Shown: one piece after another, positions 50,772 through 64,000 of the stretch
Layout: every line of letters starts with the position of its first letter
Position numbering within the stretch: position 1 is the first letter of the stretch
Origin: Octopus sinensis
Lineage: Eukaryota
NCBI RefSeq assembly: GCF_006345805.1
Contig: NC_042999.1
Span: 88,350,001 to 88,414,000 of the forward strand
Direction: 5' to 3'
Length of the DNA: 64,000 bases
Translations under genes and position numbers: made by a program
The notes under the pieces: generated by a model
The model's database searches: none
What the model was told of the DNA's origin: nothing
Seen by the model: the letters and a program-made list of their open reading frames with translations, nothing else

Positions 50772-52950
50772 CATTATTATTATGTGCAGTCAGTCATTAT
50801 GACTATGACCATTCATGGTTTTGGTATGACCTGATAAGCTTCCTCCATACTGGTCAGTTTTTCGCTTGGGTTTGCCATTTATAATAATCGATTCCTTTTC
50901 ACTTCATGTTGTTTTGCAGTGAATCTCAGTTTAGGCCTTCCATGATTTCCTTTCCCCTTGCATAGTTGAGAGTAAAGGTGTTGTCTAGGGAGTCTGCTGG
51001 TGTCCATCTTGTGTATCTGTCTCACTCTATGTAAATTTCTATCAATGAGTATTTCCATCATTGGATGCAGACCAGCATGCAGAGGATCTTTTCATTCCTG
51101 ACCTTATCAAACAGAGTGATAGTCATAATCTGTTATGGCTGTCTCATCATAGATGCATGCAGCTTGTCTAATTGAGTTTTATAGACTCTCCAGGTTTCAG
51201 CATCATACAGCAGGGAAGAAAGCACTATACCTCACATTTAACCAGTATAGAAACATGCCTATTTTTTCACAGCCTCTCCTGTTGCCTGCCAAATGAAAAA
51301 CTAGCTTTGCTAATTCTGAATGAGATTTCCTGGTCCAGTTGTACATTATCTGAAATGGTGCTGCTTAGATTTTTGAATAGTTTGCACTGGACCAGCCTTT
51401 CTTGTCTAATAGTGATGTTTTCTTCAGCTACAGGGGAAGATAGGTTCTCTACCATTTGGTAAAGGCATTCAGTTCTTCTGGTGCTAATCTTGAAGCTGAA
51501 CTGTTGTGCAACTGGCAAAGTTATCTACCAGTTTCTGCATTTGATCAGCACTGTGAGCAACCAGTGCACTATCATCAGCAAACATCACCTCTCATACTAG
51601 GATCTTCATAGTGCATGTCTTTGCTTTATACTATACAACATTTATACTATACAAATCAGCATCATGCTGAAACTGGATGTAAATCCCTCTTCCAACATTT
51701 TTGAAGGCAGCTTCAAACACTGCTGTGAGATAAAGGGAGAACAGTGCTGGAGCAAGTATGCACCCTTGTTTAACGCCATTTGTCACTTCAAATGCACTTG
51801 AGGCATTGCTATCTTGTACTATAAATCCCTGCATTCTTTTGTGCAAGGACCAGACCAAGTTGATGAACCTTTGAGGACATACATGTTTCTTAAGAATCAC
51901 CCAAAGCCCATCACAAGATATAGTATCAAAAACCTTTGTGAAGTCTATGAATACTATACATAGGTATGTTCTTGTGAAATCGGCGAAGACAGAAGATCAT
52001 GTTCACCATGGTTCTACCACCATGGAAGCCACACTGAGTCTCAGATGAGACATTTTGACAGATATGCTCATTTAGACTGTTTAATGAAATATGAGCTAAA
52101 ATCTTCCCAGCTACTCATAGAAGGTATATTCCTCAGTTGTTTCTACAACTCACTCTACAACCTTTTTTGAAGACAAGTATGATACCTGTGTATTTCCAGT
52201 CTTGTTGAATCATTTTAGTCTCCCTGATCTAGAGCACAATGTTATACTGGCTTTCAATAAGCTCCACACCTCCAAGCTTCCTGATTGCAGTGGGTATGTT
52301 ATATCTGCTAAGTGCTTTACCTTCTTTCATTTGTTTGATTGCATCACTGAATTCTTTTTAAATAGGTTCATCTCTAAGGATCAGTTGGTTGACTGTCATG
52401 TAACCTCAAGGATGATTAGCAAATCTATCAAGGATCTCCCATTTTTCCTGAAGTACTGTTTTGCCATCAAAACCTATGAGTTTTGTTATACCTTTTCTCT
52501 GTGGCCCATATACCTCTCAAATCCCAAATAAAAGGCTTTTATATAATTTTGATTAGCATGATGGTGCAGTTCTTCTTTGGCTGCCCACCAATCTGATTTC
52601 AGTTTCCTAGTATATTGTTGCAGCTTCCTTCTTGCTTCCACCAGATTTTCCTTTGTGTTGACATTTAACTGCTCTACTATTCCAACATTCCTTTCCTCTA
52701 GTTAGTAGGTTCTGTAGTTGGATGTCATCCTCGTTGAACCAATCTTGATGTTTTTTCACTGATTTATTTAGGACTCGTTCAGCTCTTTTATATGTAGCTA
52801 TTTTCAAGATGTTCCATTTTCCTTCATGTCCTTTGTTTCCCTTATCTTCAGATCCTTCCAAAGCGTCATCCAGCTGGTCCTTCAATTCCTGTTTTAGATG
52901 ACCATTGACTCTCATGAGTTCCTCTACCCTTTGTTGCTTTTTGCTCTTAG
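50730..52950 (-). mobile_element. Decayed RTE (BovB-like) LINE, RT and C-terminus with (AAT)n tail
   Basis: KKHQDWFNEDD, FEVTNGVKQGCILAPALFSLY, ISKASFSFGR, RLPRQHLYSQL..GRPKLRF. Confidence 0.88.
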
Positions 52951-54677
52951 TCCTACAAGAAGTCCAAAATCCCCCTCCCCACTGAGCAAGCTAGGTGAAG
53001 TTACTGGTTTAATCACTTGACCATGCATCAGATTGTAGTGGGTTACATGTTACCAGTAGCAATGTGAAGTGACCTGACATTACCTTGTCAGCAATCAATA
53101 AAAAGTAAAAGTAGGATATGTGTGGTCAGCTAGTGCAGAACCAGCTGAATTTCAATCCCGCATTTATAACTGATAATTCACAGTAATTATTACAATGGCA
53201 GAAAATTTATGTACTCAAATTGAGAATGAAACCAACTGAAAAAACCCCTCCCAAATCTAATTTATTGGCAGCTAAATAAGAATATTCAAATCTGCCTAAG
53301 TATTTATGCTTGCAGAAAGTTTTTGTCTAACTAGCAACAAACAATTTGACTTGTTAAGAGACTGTCTAGTTTGTTGAATGAATTTGAACAAATTAAAAAC
53401 GTAAATGCAAAGTATTATTCAAATTTCAATAAAACAGCCTTCATTCTATTGAAATACTGATAAGGATCATATATAATCAATTCGTTAATTGTAACATAAA
53501 ACGAAAATTATGGGAATAGTTATTTAATTCAAGAATTTATATACAAAGTCACTCAACAACAATTTTCATTCTTTCAAGAATAAAGCGGTTTTAGGCTAAT
53601 TCTGAGGCACTAGTCCAAAGAATGAAACCAGTTTTAGCCAAATACTTCAAATTTAGTTGCTAATCAGCAAACACTAGATATGTAAAATGACCGATAATTT
53701 TTGACATTTAAGTAAAGTTACTGGTGGTATTTATCCTTCATTAAAATTCATTCAATTAACTTAAAATCAGTGTGGTATCTACAAAACGTTTTTATTAAAA
53801 TCAAGCTAATTTCTTTCAAAGCTCAACAACAAAGATCTACTTATATGTCACAATGATAGAATCAAAGAACAAGTCAGTAAAGTAAAAAGGTAATAATAAA
53901 GACAGATGCCTACATTCCATAAAGAATATAGCATTGTATAACAGGCAAAAACATTTGTCTAGGTTAATTCTTAGAAACAGACTTAAGATAAAAAAAAAGT
54001 ATCAACTGATAAGTGTTATCGCTTGGAGTTCTATATAATGTGGTTCTTTCTAATAGCCTTTTAGAAAATGTTCTGTTCTAAGGCAAGAAAAATCAAAGGT
54101 AATCATCTTTGAAGGGCCTATAATAAGGACATAAATAAAAGATTGGTTATTTATGAGGTTACTTTGAAAAGTGCCTGTGTAGCCATTATCTAAAATTTCA
54201 AACATTTTGGAAAAACAGCAATTCTGAAAACTATAAAGATCCAGTGAGTAAGTTGATTTCATTCCAGAATCTAGGATATAATATGAGTGTTTGAGTGCAT
54301 TTCCTCTACAGCACCAAGCATGGAATAAAACTATCAAAAACAAGAAAAAAGAGACCAGAAATAGTGGAAAACAAATATGCTGACCAACTGTTCTTGGTAT
54401 GTATAAGAGAGTAAAACAGAAGTGATGATACTCAGCCCAACTAAAATAGAAAGTTGCTTCCTTAAACAGTACACTTGCCACCCTATTTTAATATTGATGC
54501 TACATCTTCAGATGTTGAATTAACATGAAACAGATGGAGCTGCCAGCTGGATAATGTATTTAACTTTTCTTCCTACTATGTTGCCTTGTTTTCTATTTTG
54601 TCAGCTATTTTAGTAAAATTTAATGCATTCCATTTTCTCCATGGTGACTGGAAAGTGCAACAATTTTATTTAGGCAT

Positions 54678-55074
54678 AGGAGTGGCTGTGTGGTAAGTAG
54701 CTTGGTTCCGGGTTCAGTCCCACTGCGTGACACCTTGGGCAAGTGTCTTCTACTATAGCCTCGGGCTGACCAAAGCCTTGTGAGTGGATTTGGTAGACGG
54801 AAACTGAAAAAGGCCCGTCGTATATATGTACATATATATATATGTGAGTGTGTTTGTGTGTCTGTGTTTGTCCCCCCAACATTGCTTGACAACCAATGCT
54901 GGTGTGTTTACGTCCCTGTAACTTAGCGGTTTGACAAAAAGACTGATAGAATAAGTACTAGGCTTACAAAGAATAAGTACTGGGGTCAATTTGCTCGACT
55001 AAAAGCGGTGCTCCAGCATGGCCACAGTCAAATGACTGAAACAAATAAAAGATTAAAAGAGTAAAAGAGTAAAA
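54678..55074 (+). mobile_element. SINE S1, full-length reference copy
   Basis: tRNA-like head (ggagtggctgtgtggtaag..ggttccgggttcagtccc), core caccttgggcaagtgtcttc, internal microsatellite, and (gtaaaaga)n tail. Confidence 0.9.
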
Positions 55075-55769
55075 TATGCCAATTTTAATAAGTGCTTACA
55101 AAATATAACCAGTTTCCATTATAGAAGCTCATTTAAATGTAGGTGGAAAGATTTTTAAATCCTTCAAATGACCATATGAGCTCTTGTATAAGATAATTAC
55201 AATGTATGGTCTACAAATATGTGCATTCATATGCACAATGTAACAAAAAATTGAAAATGTGTTTATAAAAATGCTTGACATGATATACAAATTCTTTGAG
55301 AAGATTTGAAATCAGCATGCCAAAATTAGCTAAGTTAGACACTTTCCATGAAAAAGGCAAACAATCATTTTCAAAATCTACCCTAAGAGTACAAATAGAG
55401 TCATTATGATTTCCAGTCTAATAACTTAATATTCTAGAGTTTGCTACATATTTTCGCCTGAACTAACCTCTAATTGTGATAGATCTAGACTGTGATCTAT
55501 ATCTTTTAATTCTTTTTGTGATCCTCCTTCTGCTAATTCACTTGATTTCTACTTCCCTTAATATATGTATAGCAGGATATCCAAATCATTGTTATTAGTT
55601 TATTTTCAAATGAATAATTGCCTATTTTTAGCTTAAAATGCAAATGAATTAATAAACACACACACATGCACCCAAACAAACAAAAAGGAACACAGTGTAA
55701 ATAATGGACAGAGTCAAGACTATTGAAAAGGTTGCAAGACGCATCAAAAATTTTAGGAAAATAAAAATA

Positions 55770-55885
55770 AGTCGAAATTTTACCGGTGAGTGTGTTACAT
55801 AATAAGGCACAAAAAGAAAATGACTCTCCCAGGACACAACAGAATATGCTTCAACACACGAACTCATATAAAGAATCTTGCAAAC
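55770..55885 (-). repeat. Interspersed repeat shared with 35290-35362 (+)
   Basis: gtgtc(c/t)tgggagagtcattttctttttgt..actcaccggtaaaattt occurs in both places, in opposite orientations. Confidence 0.7.
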
Positions 55886-56400
55886 CAAATCCAAAAACGA
55901 AATTAATAAACAGTCTTAAAAAAAATAATAAATAAATCCTACAGTAGGTAGCAAAAGTAACTTGTGTAAGAACTATAATAGTTCTTAGGGGTCAGACTGC
56001 ATGCAATGCTCAGAACATTAAATAAGTGGGCTAGAATTTACAGGTTGAATATTTGTTAAGTGGTTAAAGTATATTTAATACTTAGAATATCCAAGAGTTA
56101 AAGTATGTTCAAATGAACAGTTAAAGTAAATGAATGATATTACTAATTTTCTTTGTGTTTATTATTTTTGACCACCATTGGAGAAAACGCCAGATATGCT
56201 TAAGACTTATTAAGAATTTTCATCGAAAACAGAAAATGAAATAAAGTTTATATCTTAGCCACTAATTGGGAAAAGTATGATACACATTGCAAGATCAGCT
56301 AATGAAATATATACCTTAAATGAAATATGCAAAAGGAAAGGTCACCATTAGCTTTAAAAAGTGTTTGCACATGTGCATGCATGTAGTGTGATGATGTGTA

Positions 56401-56443
<43 letters not shown>

Positions 56444-58019
56444 GTTTGCTTATTAAGGATCCAGAAAATACCAATAATTCATGACATCACTATCATTTTG
56501 AAGAAAGAGATTGTCCAATCCAAATGTATAGAAGGCAGCTTCCAGATAGATAATAAATAAAAAAAATTACAAGCTATTTAGATCATTAAAATATGAGGAC
56601 AATGAATGTAATTTTTGTTAATTCTAAGTTAAGGGTTTAATCTATACTATCAACAGTTGCTATAAAATATCAGCAAGCCTTTCCTGTGAGGTATGACATC
56701 ATTTTGAAGTAATTCATAATGCTATTATCAACACCACACACACACATACGCATACATAAATATATATATACATTTATACAAATACCATATACATACACAT
56801 ACACATATATATATACATATTTATATATATATGCATGTGTGTGTATCAGTTTATATTGAATAGATTAGATGAACTGTGTGTGAAATCTTTTGGGAAGGAT
56901 ACGAAAAAAGGAAAATAATTCGATTGTCTCTGGAAAAGTGAAAAATCTATTTTATAGAATGCTCATTGATTTAGGTACATATGTACTCAATAAGCACGAA
57001 AATATATTTATCACTTGTGAAACAGGTAGTTTGGTTCTAGTCAGGCAAATGAAGAAGAGATAAATAAGAGAGAGACAGATGTACCAACAGAATGTAAATT
57101 TGAATAATTTTTGCTAATGTTATTCTACATATTGTCAGCATTTGAGTCTTGGAGATTTGTGGTATTTGTTCTATTTTTCTGATCTCAGTGTTCAAAATAA
57201 TACTTTTAACATGGGCCAAATGGGCTGCAAAAATCATACAATACAAAAAGACAATGAGAATTTATATATATGTATATCAATAATAAAATAATAAGAAATT
57301 TAGTAAAAATAAAATTCTCCAGTAGTGGAGAATACCATCCAGAGGTAATCAATAGATCCCACAGAATCTGGGTCAAACTGATACGAGGAGGCATCCTCTC
57401 TCATCTGTTCCCTCCAATCTACCTTAGAGTTCACCCATTGGACCCATTCTCACCATAGTCACCCACATTTCAACAAATTTACAGGATGGTGGGCAGCTAT
57501 TCCCTGTCTACCCTTACCTGCCTTTTGAAGTGGGATTTCAAAACGTCAGTGAGGGCTTAGCCATAGACAAAAGTATGTCTTTAGTCTTTTCAGTCTTGTT
57601 CACTACTTAGCCTCTTACACCATAACCAACAAACAGAGTAAAAGCAAGGTCAGTTTTATCACTCTTCCTTTTGGGGCTGGTTGACAATGCTGTGTCAATT
57701 ATTTTCTGTCTGTCTACCTGACTGTCTTTTTTCTCCCTCTCAGAAGCAGCCATGCTGAACTGTGAAAAGATCCAACAAGAGCACATACAGCATCCATTTC
57801 TCCAGAAATGGAGACAGGTTGTACAATCTTTACCCACAACAAAAATTGACTTGTTATTAAAACCATCCAAAACTGCTTGATGTGATGTAGAACAAGGAAC
57901 AAAAATTAAGAATAATTAAGAAGATATTAAAGTTGTCAAGCAAGACTAGAGTAATTAATCAGAAGTTTAGTAGATCAAATTAACTGATATTTCTAATGAG
58001 GTCCATGTTAACACTATCG

Positions 58020-58230
58020 TTAAAGGTCAGAAAGATAAAGAATAATTACTGATGTGGAAAACATAAAAGACTAAAACTAATAGAGCATAAAATGAAAGTA
58101 ATAGAATAGCTATTACAGAACATAAAACCATCTGTGACGGCCTTATAATCTATAAGTCAAGCTATTATTTTCAGATCAGAACAAAGATGACTCCAAGAAA
58201 CTTATTGTTTTATTAATTCCAGCAACTAAT
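58020..58230 (+). pseudogene. Very old RTE RT fragment
   Basis: HKRLKLIEHKMKVIE resembles NYRGIKLLDQVMKVTE of the 17887 LINE. Confidence 0.35.
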
Positions 58231-60299
58231 TTCATTATGTGTTTTTAAACAATAAAAACCATGTTAACCTCTTGAATATATTAAAGTACCATTTAGTTAT
58301 TAAGAAAATGATATTGAGCAGCTTGTATTTTGACAACTTAAACCTTGTATAGGATTATCATCATTAGGAGCTAGGATTTGTTGTAATGATTTTAGTGAAG
58401 ATGGTTAGTGGGGATGATTGCTTTCCAGTTTCTGATAGTAGTTGTCAGTTTGGGTAGATGTGATAATGATAATTTATGTTAGGTATAAACTTTTAAGAAG
58501 GGAATTTTGTTGATTAAATGGATCCATGAAATCTGTGACTGATGTGTGCAGAATTTATTAAAGAACTTTGATTTTTAAGAATGTTATGCTAAAGTAATCT
58601 TGCATATCGCTAATTTGGTACAAAATAAACCTGGAGCATTATTTAGCATTTTGCTTTCCATTTTAAATAAATAGTCTACCAGAACTCTCTTGTTTGTTTG
58701 AGATGTTAAAATCATTTAGTTGATGTTTTGTACAAAGTGAAGTTTTTGAGCTTTGTCAGCTATTAGTGTAGTTGACAAAGTGTTTCACTACTTCAACTGT
58801 TGAATTGTTATTGTGAATCTAGGAAACTAAATTGGTTTGCACATTGTTAAAGGTTGTGGTATCCAGTATGATGCACTGAAAAGGTTGGATGATACTATCA
58901 TTCATTGTGACTACTGAACACTGTATATATACATATACGTTACCATATATACAGATTTTAAAGGCAATGAGAGGGTCTTAACAAACTTAAGGAAAGCAGA
59001 TGGAGTAAGTTTGTAACTTGTATCTGAAATGTAGTCAGTGAAAATTATATGATGTTTTCTGTGGATGTCTAGAGTATTTAAATGATATGGAATAGAAATG
59101 GAAACTTAGTAACTGATAGATTTTCCTTTTTTTATATAAATGCAATATTCATGTAGAAAAGCTAAAGAGAATAGTTTTTGGCAAGCAATAATGCCACTTT
59201 GGGCTTATTTCATAGCTTGTGGTTCCACCTCAAGAAATGCACACTGTTGTTCAGTGATATAGTACTGAAAAATATACTATCTATCATTATATATTCATTC
59301 ATCTTTATAATGAAATGTAGTTTCTATATTTTCAGACTGAGTAGTTCTCTTGATATTTTGTGAAAATTTTAGGCAATAAGATGAGATGCATAGCAATAAC
59401 ATTTGAAGCATTTCACTATGAAGAGAGCCCATTATCAAATTAACAATGTATATTATTATATTTTTTAGCAATAAAAAGTTATGTATTAAGCTGTGAGTTC
59501 CATATTAAATTGTTCTGGCATGTCTAGTTTTTTATGTGCATACAGATAGATAGATAGATAGATAGATGATAGATAGATAGATAGATAGATAGATAGAAAG
59601 ATAAAGTGAAACAGACAGACAGGCAAACAGTAGGCATTCATTGTTATTGACAGAAATTGATCCCTATAAGCCTGAGTGTAAATATAGAGGAAGATAAATT
59701 TCACTGCTTGATTTATTGGTTTATAAAGATTATGTTCATATCAGGAATAAATAATAAAGAAAAAACATAGTTTCAATAACTGGATGTAAGAAGACAGCAA
59801 AAATATGTCAGAACTTTCTCAAAAAAAATTGAACGTTAGTTCCATTGAATATTATTTGTAAATATTTTCCTTTTATATTTAAATATGTTATCATATTTAT
59901 ATTGAATGCAGTTTTTACAGAAAATACCTATGGGCAATGTGTCTTAGTGATTTACTCAATAAATATACATCAAATATATCACTCCACACATTTTTAGCTT
60001 TCAACTTACCAAATGTGTCATTTCACAACTTTTTATTCTTTAGCTTATCTAAAGGTTTCTTTTTCATCAAATCATTCCTTTAAACTATTATCAATCTTTA
60101 TATTTCTTGTTTATACAATATCCTTTCACTGATTTTAAAATTATATGAAAGATATTTTTCATGCATTAAACAGAGATATCATTAGCTTATAAAAATAGTC
60201 TCAAAATATTGTTTGTTCAAGCTGTCGCGGGCTGGATGAGCTTGCACAAAAATAAAATATATCCACTCATTCCCTATCTGCCATAATTTACTTTAGAAG

Positions 60300-60950
60300 G
60301 CTAACACACAAAAACTTAATGCAGCATTCTCGTCATTTATATTTACTAACACATTCTGTTAACTGAATATGGTAGTTCTCATCCAACAAATCTCATTGTA
60401 CTACTCATCCATAGAACCATAATAATATTTTTTTCCATATAACCTTAATGTGGTTTTCATGAGACAGGTTTGTTAAAGTCAATAAAAAATAGCAATTTTC
60501 AGATTGATGTCATTTTAGAGGATAAAACTACGCTTCCTAAAAGAAGATACCACAGAAAACATAAATATGCTTTAGGTTTGTAGAATGGAGTCAGTAGATT
60601 CAAGAGAGAATTATTTATTTTACTAAAGATATAATAAAGGAGAAGAAAGAAGGAAGGTGAGAAAGCCACATAGAGAGCTGGAGGAAACTTGATGACAGAG
60701 TGGTGAATGAACAGAACTTTTAAAGTGTTCTGTTAGTTTAAAGAGATAGAACCTGGCCTGTTGATGCTTGTTGATTTGATATTTCATCCATTTGTGTTAC
60801 ATTACTGAAGACAGCTTTCATGATATATTATATAGTCTCAGTGTTCTGACATGCAGCTCTCTGGTCACTTCAGGTTTATCAATAATATACATGCTGGAAA
60901 TATTCTGGCTTCTTCCTTCAGTGCTTGTAGGTAGACTGAGTTTATAAAAA
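60300..60950 (-). pseudogene. Very old LINE (CR1/L2-like) RT remnant
   Basis: Weak, frameshifted resemblance to the LDIxKAF, SSFL and GSIL RT motifs. Confidence 0.3.
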
Positions 60951-61090
60951 GTACACTTAAGTATTACAACTAGTCAAATTAGCAATTTTAGAAAATTTGT
61001 ACACTATAACTGGTGATTTAATATCAATAAAGGAAACTCTTATGCAGATTGATACCATGAAGATGTACAGTTCAAATCTGTAATGTGTCT

Positions 61091-61309
61091 TACTCTTTTA
61101 CTTGTTTCAGTCATGTGACTGTGGCCAAGCTGGAGCACCGCCTTTAGTCGAGCAAATTGACCCCAGGACTTATTTTTTGTAAGCCTAGTACTTATTTTAT
61201 CAGTCTCTTTTGCCGAACCACTACATTACAGGGATGTAAACACACCAGCATCGGTTGTCAAGCGATGTTGGGGGGGGGGGGCAAACACAGACACACAAAC
61301 ATACGCACC

Positions 61310-61363
<54 letters not shown>

Positions 61364-61517
61364 TACGATGGGCTTCTTTCAGTTTCCATCTACCAAATCC
61401 ACTCACAAGGCTTTGGTCAGCCCAAAGCTATAGTAGAAGACACTTACCCAAGGTGCCACACAGTGGAACTGAACCTGGAACCATGTGGTTTGTAAGCAAG
61501 CTATTTACCACACAGCC
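61091..61517 (-). mobile_element. SINE S1, full length
   Basis: Reverse complement matches 54678-55074. Confidence 0.9.
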
Positions 61518-61974
61518 GGGGTCATTATTTACCCATGATAAAAAGCAATAGAAAACTTCTGAAATGTAGTCATTGTCAAGTTTAAATATGGAACCTAATT
61601 GGAAATTGATGTTTGGAGAGCTGACCAAATGAAACAACTAAAATTGTATAAAAGATATTTTATTATAGATTTTTGAAAAATATGCCATTAGTTAATAGAA
61701 ATAAAGTTTCACAATTTTAATGTTATTTGTTAAAGCTGATGAGGGCTGGTTGAGTGTACAACAGTAAAATATATCGATTTGTTTGAAGCATATTAAGAAC
61801 GAGTCAACTTACATGTGAGAAAACCAATCCAGATGAAAGAATAATTAAGTCATGTGTGTGTGTGTATACATATGTGAGAGTGTGTATGTATGTGTGTGTG
61901 TGTGTGTGTGTGCATATGTATGTATGTATGTATGTATGTACGTATAGATGCATACATGTATATATATATATATA

Positions 61975-62250
61975 AACTTTGGGCAAGTGTCTTCTACTAT
62001 AGCCTCGGGCAGACTATAGCCTTGTGAGTGGATTTGGTAGACGGAAACTGAAAGAAGCCCGTCATATATATATATATGAGTGTATATTTGTATGTCTGAT
62101 TCTGTCCCCCACTATCATTTGACAACCAATATTGGTGTGCTTATGTCCTTGTAATTTAGCGGTTCGGCATAAGGAACCGATAGAATAAGTACTAGGCTTA
62201 CAAAAAGGTGGTGCTCCAGCATGGCTGCAATCAAATGACTGAAACAAGAA
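61975..62250 (+). mobile_element. SINE S1, 5'-truncated
   Basis: Begins at tgggcaagtgtcttctactatagcc and ends ..aaatgactgaaacaag. Confidence 0.85.
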
Positions 62251-63515
62251 TATATTTATGCATGTGTTCATGCATGTATATATCTTATTTTCAAGAGTCC
62301 TGTAGTTTTAGCTAACATAATATTTCACATTTTCTAAACATAAATTCGTTTGTTTGCAGTGTTCTTTTATTATATTTGCGAAATATTTATTCCTGTTAAT
62401 TACTAAAGTACTAATTTCTGTAACTTGATTTTGAATTATTTTTTTATTAATAACTTCATTTAATACAGCTTCTTTTTGTTAATCATTGTACAAGCAAACA
62501 GTTAGTAACAGAATTCTCATTGCTTTTGGTTCCTGTCATTTTTTTTCCAGGGCTAATCACTATATTTTACTGAATTGGTATAAAGCTGTGAATTCCTGCT
62601 AAGGTTACCTTTTCTTTGTTATTCACTGTTTGTTCTTTTACAACTGCATTTATTAAAAATACAAGCTCTCATATGAATGAAATATATTTAATATTGATAT
62701 ATTTCTTTTTATAATTATTAGATTTTTCTCCACAAGTAAGGAATTGACTTCTAACACAAAAAGAAAAACAAGACACCATTACTGGAATTTGGTTAAGAAG
62801 TTAACAGCAATGAGTATTATATGCAGGATTTGGAAAAGTGTTTCAGATTTTAATGTTCCCCTTATAAGTTGTGTTTGTAAAGTACATGCTAAATGGCCGC
62901 AATATGTGCTCAAAATTTCTAGCTTTACCAGATGATTTTGATATTGGTTCATTTCATATCAAAAGATGATTACTGTTGGCTGAGTCATGTGATACACTTC
63001 TCATTGGTCTACTCAAAACGCTGTAAATAAAGTGGGTATTGAATTCGCTGTTTGGTAGAGCAAGAGTGTTATGTAACTGCGGTGGGATTGTTGTTTCATT
63101 AAATTCATACAAGGTAAGTCTAGGAGAGTACTGTGCATTAAAACCCAATTCAAATCCATTGTGGTGATGTGTGCATGTGAATGTAGTGTAAAGGAGGGAA
63201 TTGATGCATGAAAATGCAGAGAAAAAAATTAGGAGCATGCAGGTAAATATTCGGAAATCTCTACCATCAGAGTAAAAAATGGTCTTGGAAATATAACTAT
63301 AGAAATAATTGTTGCTCAAGAAATCTGTTATTTTCTTTTGATGAAAAATGGACAGAGATAAGAGGCTATAAGAAACAAAAAGGAAAGCAAAAAAGCCCTC
63401 TCTACTAATAAGAAAAAGAATGGACCTCAAGATAAGGCTAGAAAAATACATGTGGTAGAATCCGTTTTTGCCATGCTGGACTGAAGTTCACATTTTTCGC
63501 AAAAGACACGAAATA

Positions 63516-63737
63516 CAGTAATCCTTCAACTATCGCAGGTGTTACATTCCCAAAACCCATGCGATAGGTGAAAATCTGCGAAGTAGAAACAGTACTGTGC
63601 TGTTTATTTTTTTTTTATTATTTTCATAATTTGTAAATATTTATTTTATTATAAATGCAAAAAGACACCACGGAGGAATTAACAAGCTTAAATAATAAAC
63701 TGCGATAGGTGAACCGTGATATGGCAAGGGACTACTG
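63516..63737. mobile_element. Tigger/pogo-like MITE with TA target duplication
   Basis: TA-cagtaatccttcaactatcgc .. gtgatatggcaagggactactg-TA, with imperfect TIRs of the CAGTAGTCCC type. Confidence 0.75.
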
Positions 63738-64000
63738 TATGAACTGACAGATGATGAAAGTACTACCATATGAACTGACAGATGTTGAAAGTACTAGTCA
63801 TGTGTTGACTGAAATCTAACCTTTCAAGCATCCGAGTGATAGGTTCCTTGTAAAATCATGCAACCAATGTATGAATTGCAATTTCTGTACATTATAATGA
63901 CGGGGATTTCATGCCCAGTCCAACAAAGTCACTCTTAGATATAATAATTTTAAGATCCAGCAAAATGAGAGTGTTGGATGATACGGTAATCCAATTTCAC

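Noticed and set aside
54050-54481. 143-aa minus-strand ORF
   Set aside because: It has an alternative start, AT-rich biased composition and no recognisable motif.
58955-59004. 50-nt candidate exon (AG..GTAAGT; FKGNERVLTNLRKADG)
   Set aside because: The splice signals are plausible, but there is no recognisable protein and no compatible neighbouring exons, so it may be chance.
62954-63451. 165-aa minus-strand ORF
   Set aside because: The N-terminal half is low-complexity F/L/S from purine-rich sequence, and no domain was recognised.

Overview
AT-rich, microsatellite-laden animal genomic DNA, most likely an octopus. This is inferred from the tRNA-headed SINE families, the RTE LINEs with (ATG)n tails and the (TA)n/(CA)n/(GATA)n density. 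I could not identify a host protein-coding gene, and most ORFs in the supplied track are microsatellite or transposon artefacts. The window is a transposable-element landscape: a near full-length but disrupted RTE LINE (17887-21415), two more RTE fragments, two Tc1 elements with TIRs and TA target duplications, a mariner relic, a long-spacer (about DD81E, Sailor-like) IS630-Tc1-mariner relic, two Penelope-like elements (PLEs), more than 20 SINE copies, MITEs and probable solo LTRs. The most notable signal is a set of type I hammerhead ribozyme (HHR) motifs in short non-coding units. Three unrelated, apparently intact HHRs lie within 35.6-39.2 kb, and two of them sit in partial tandem units (463 bp and about 360 bp period) resembling retrozymes or PLE pseudo-LTRs. 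Decayed HHRs also occur at PLE ends. All structures and alignments were derived by eye, and nothing was searched or folded computationally.
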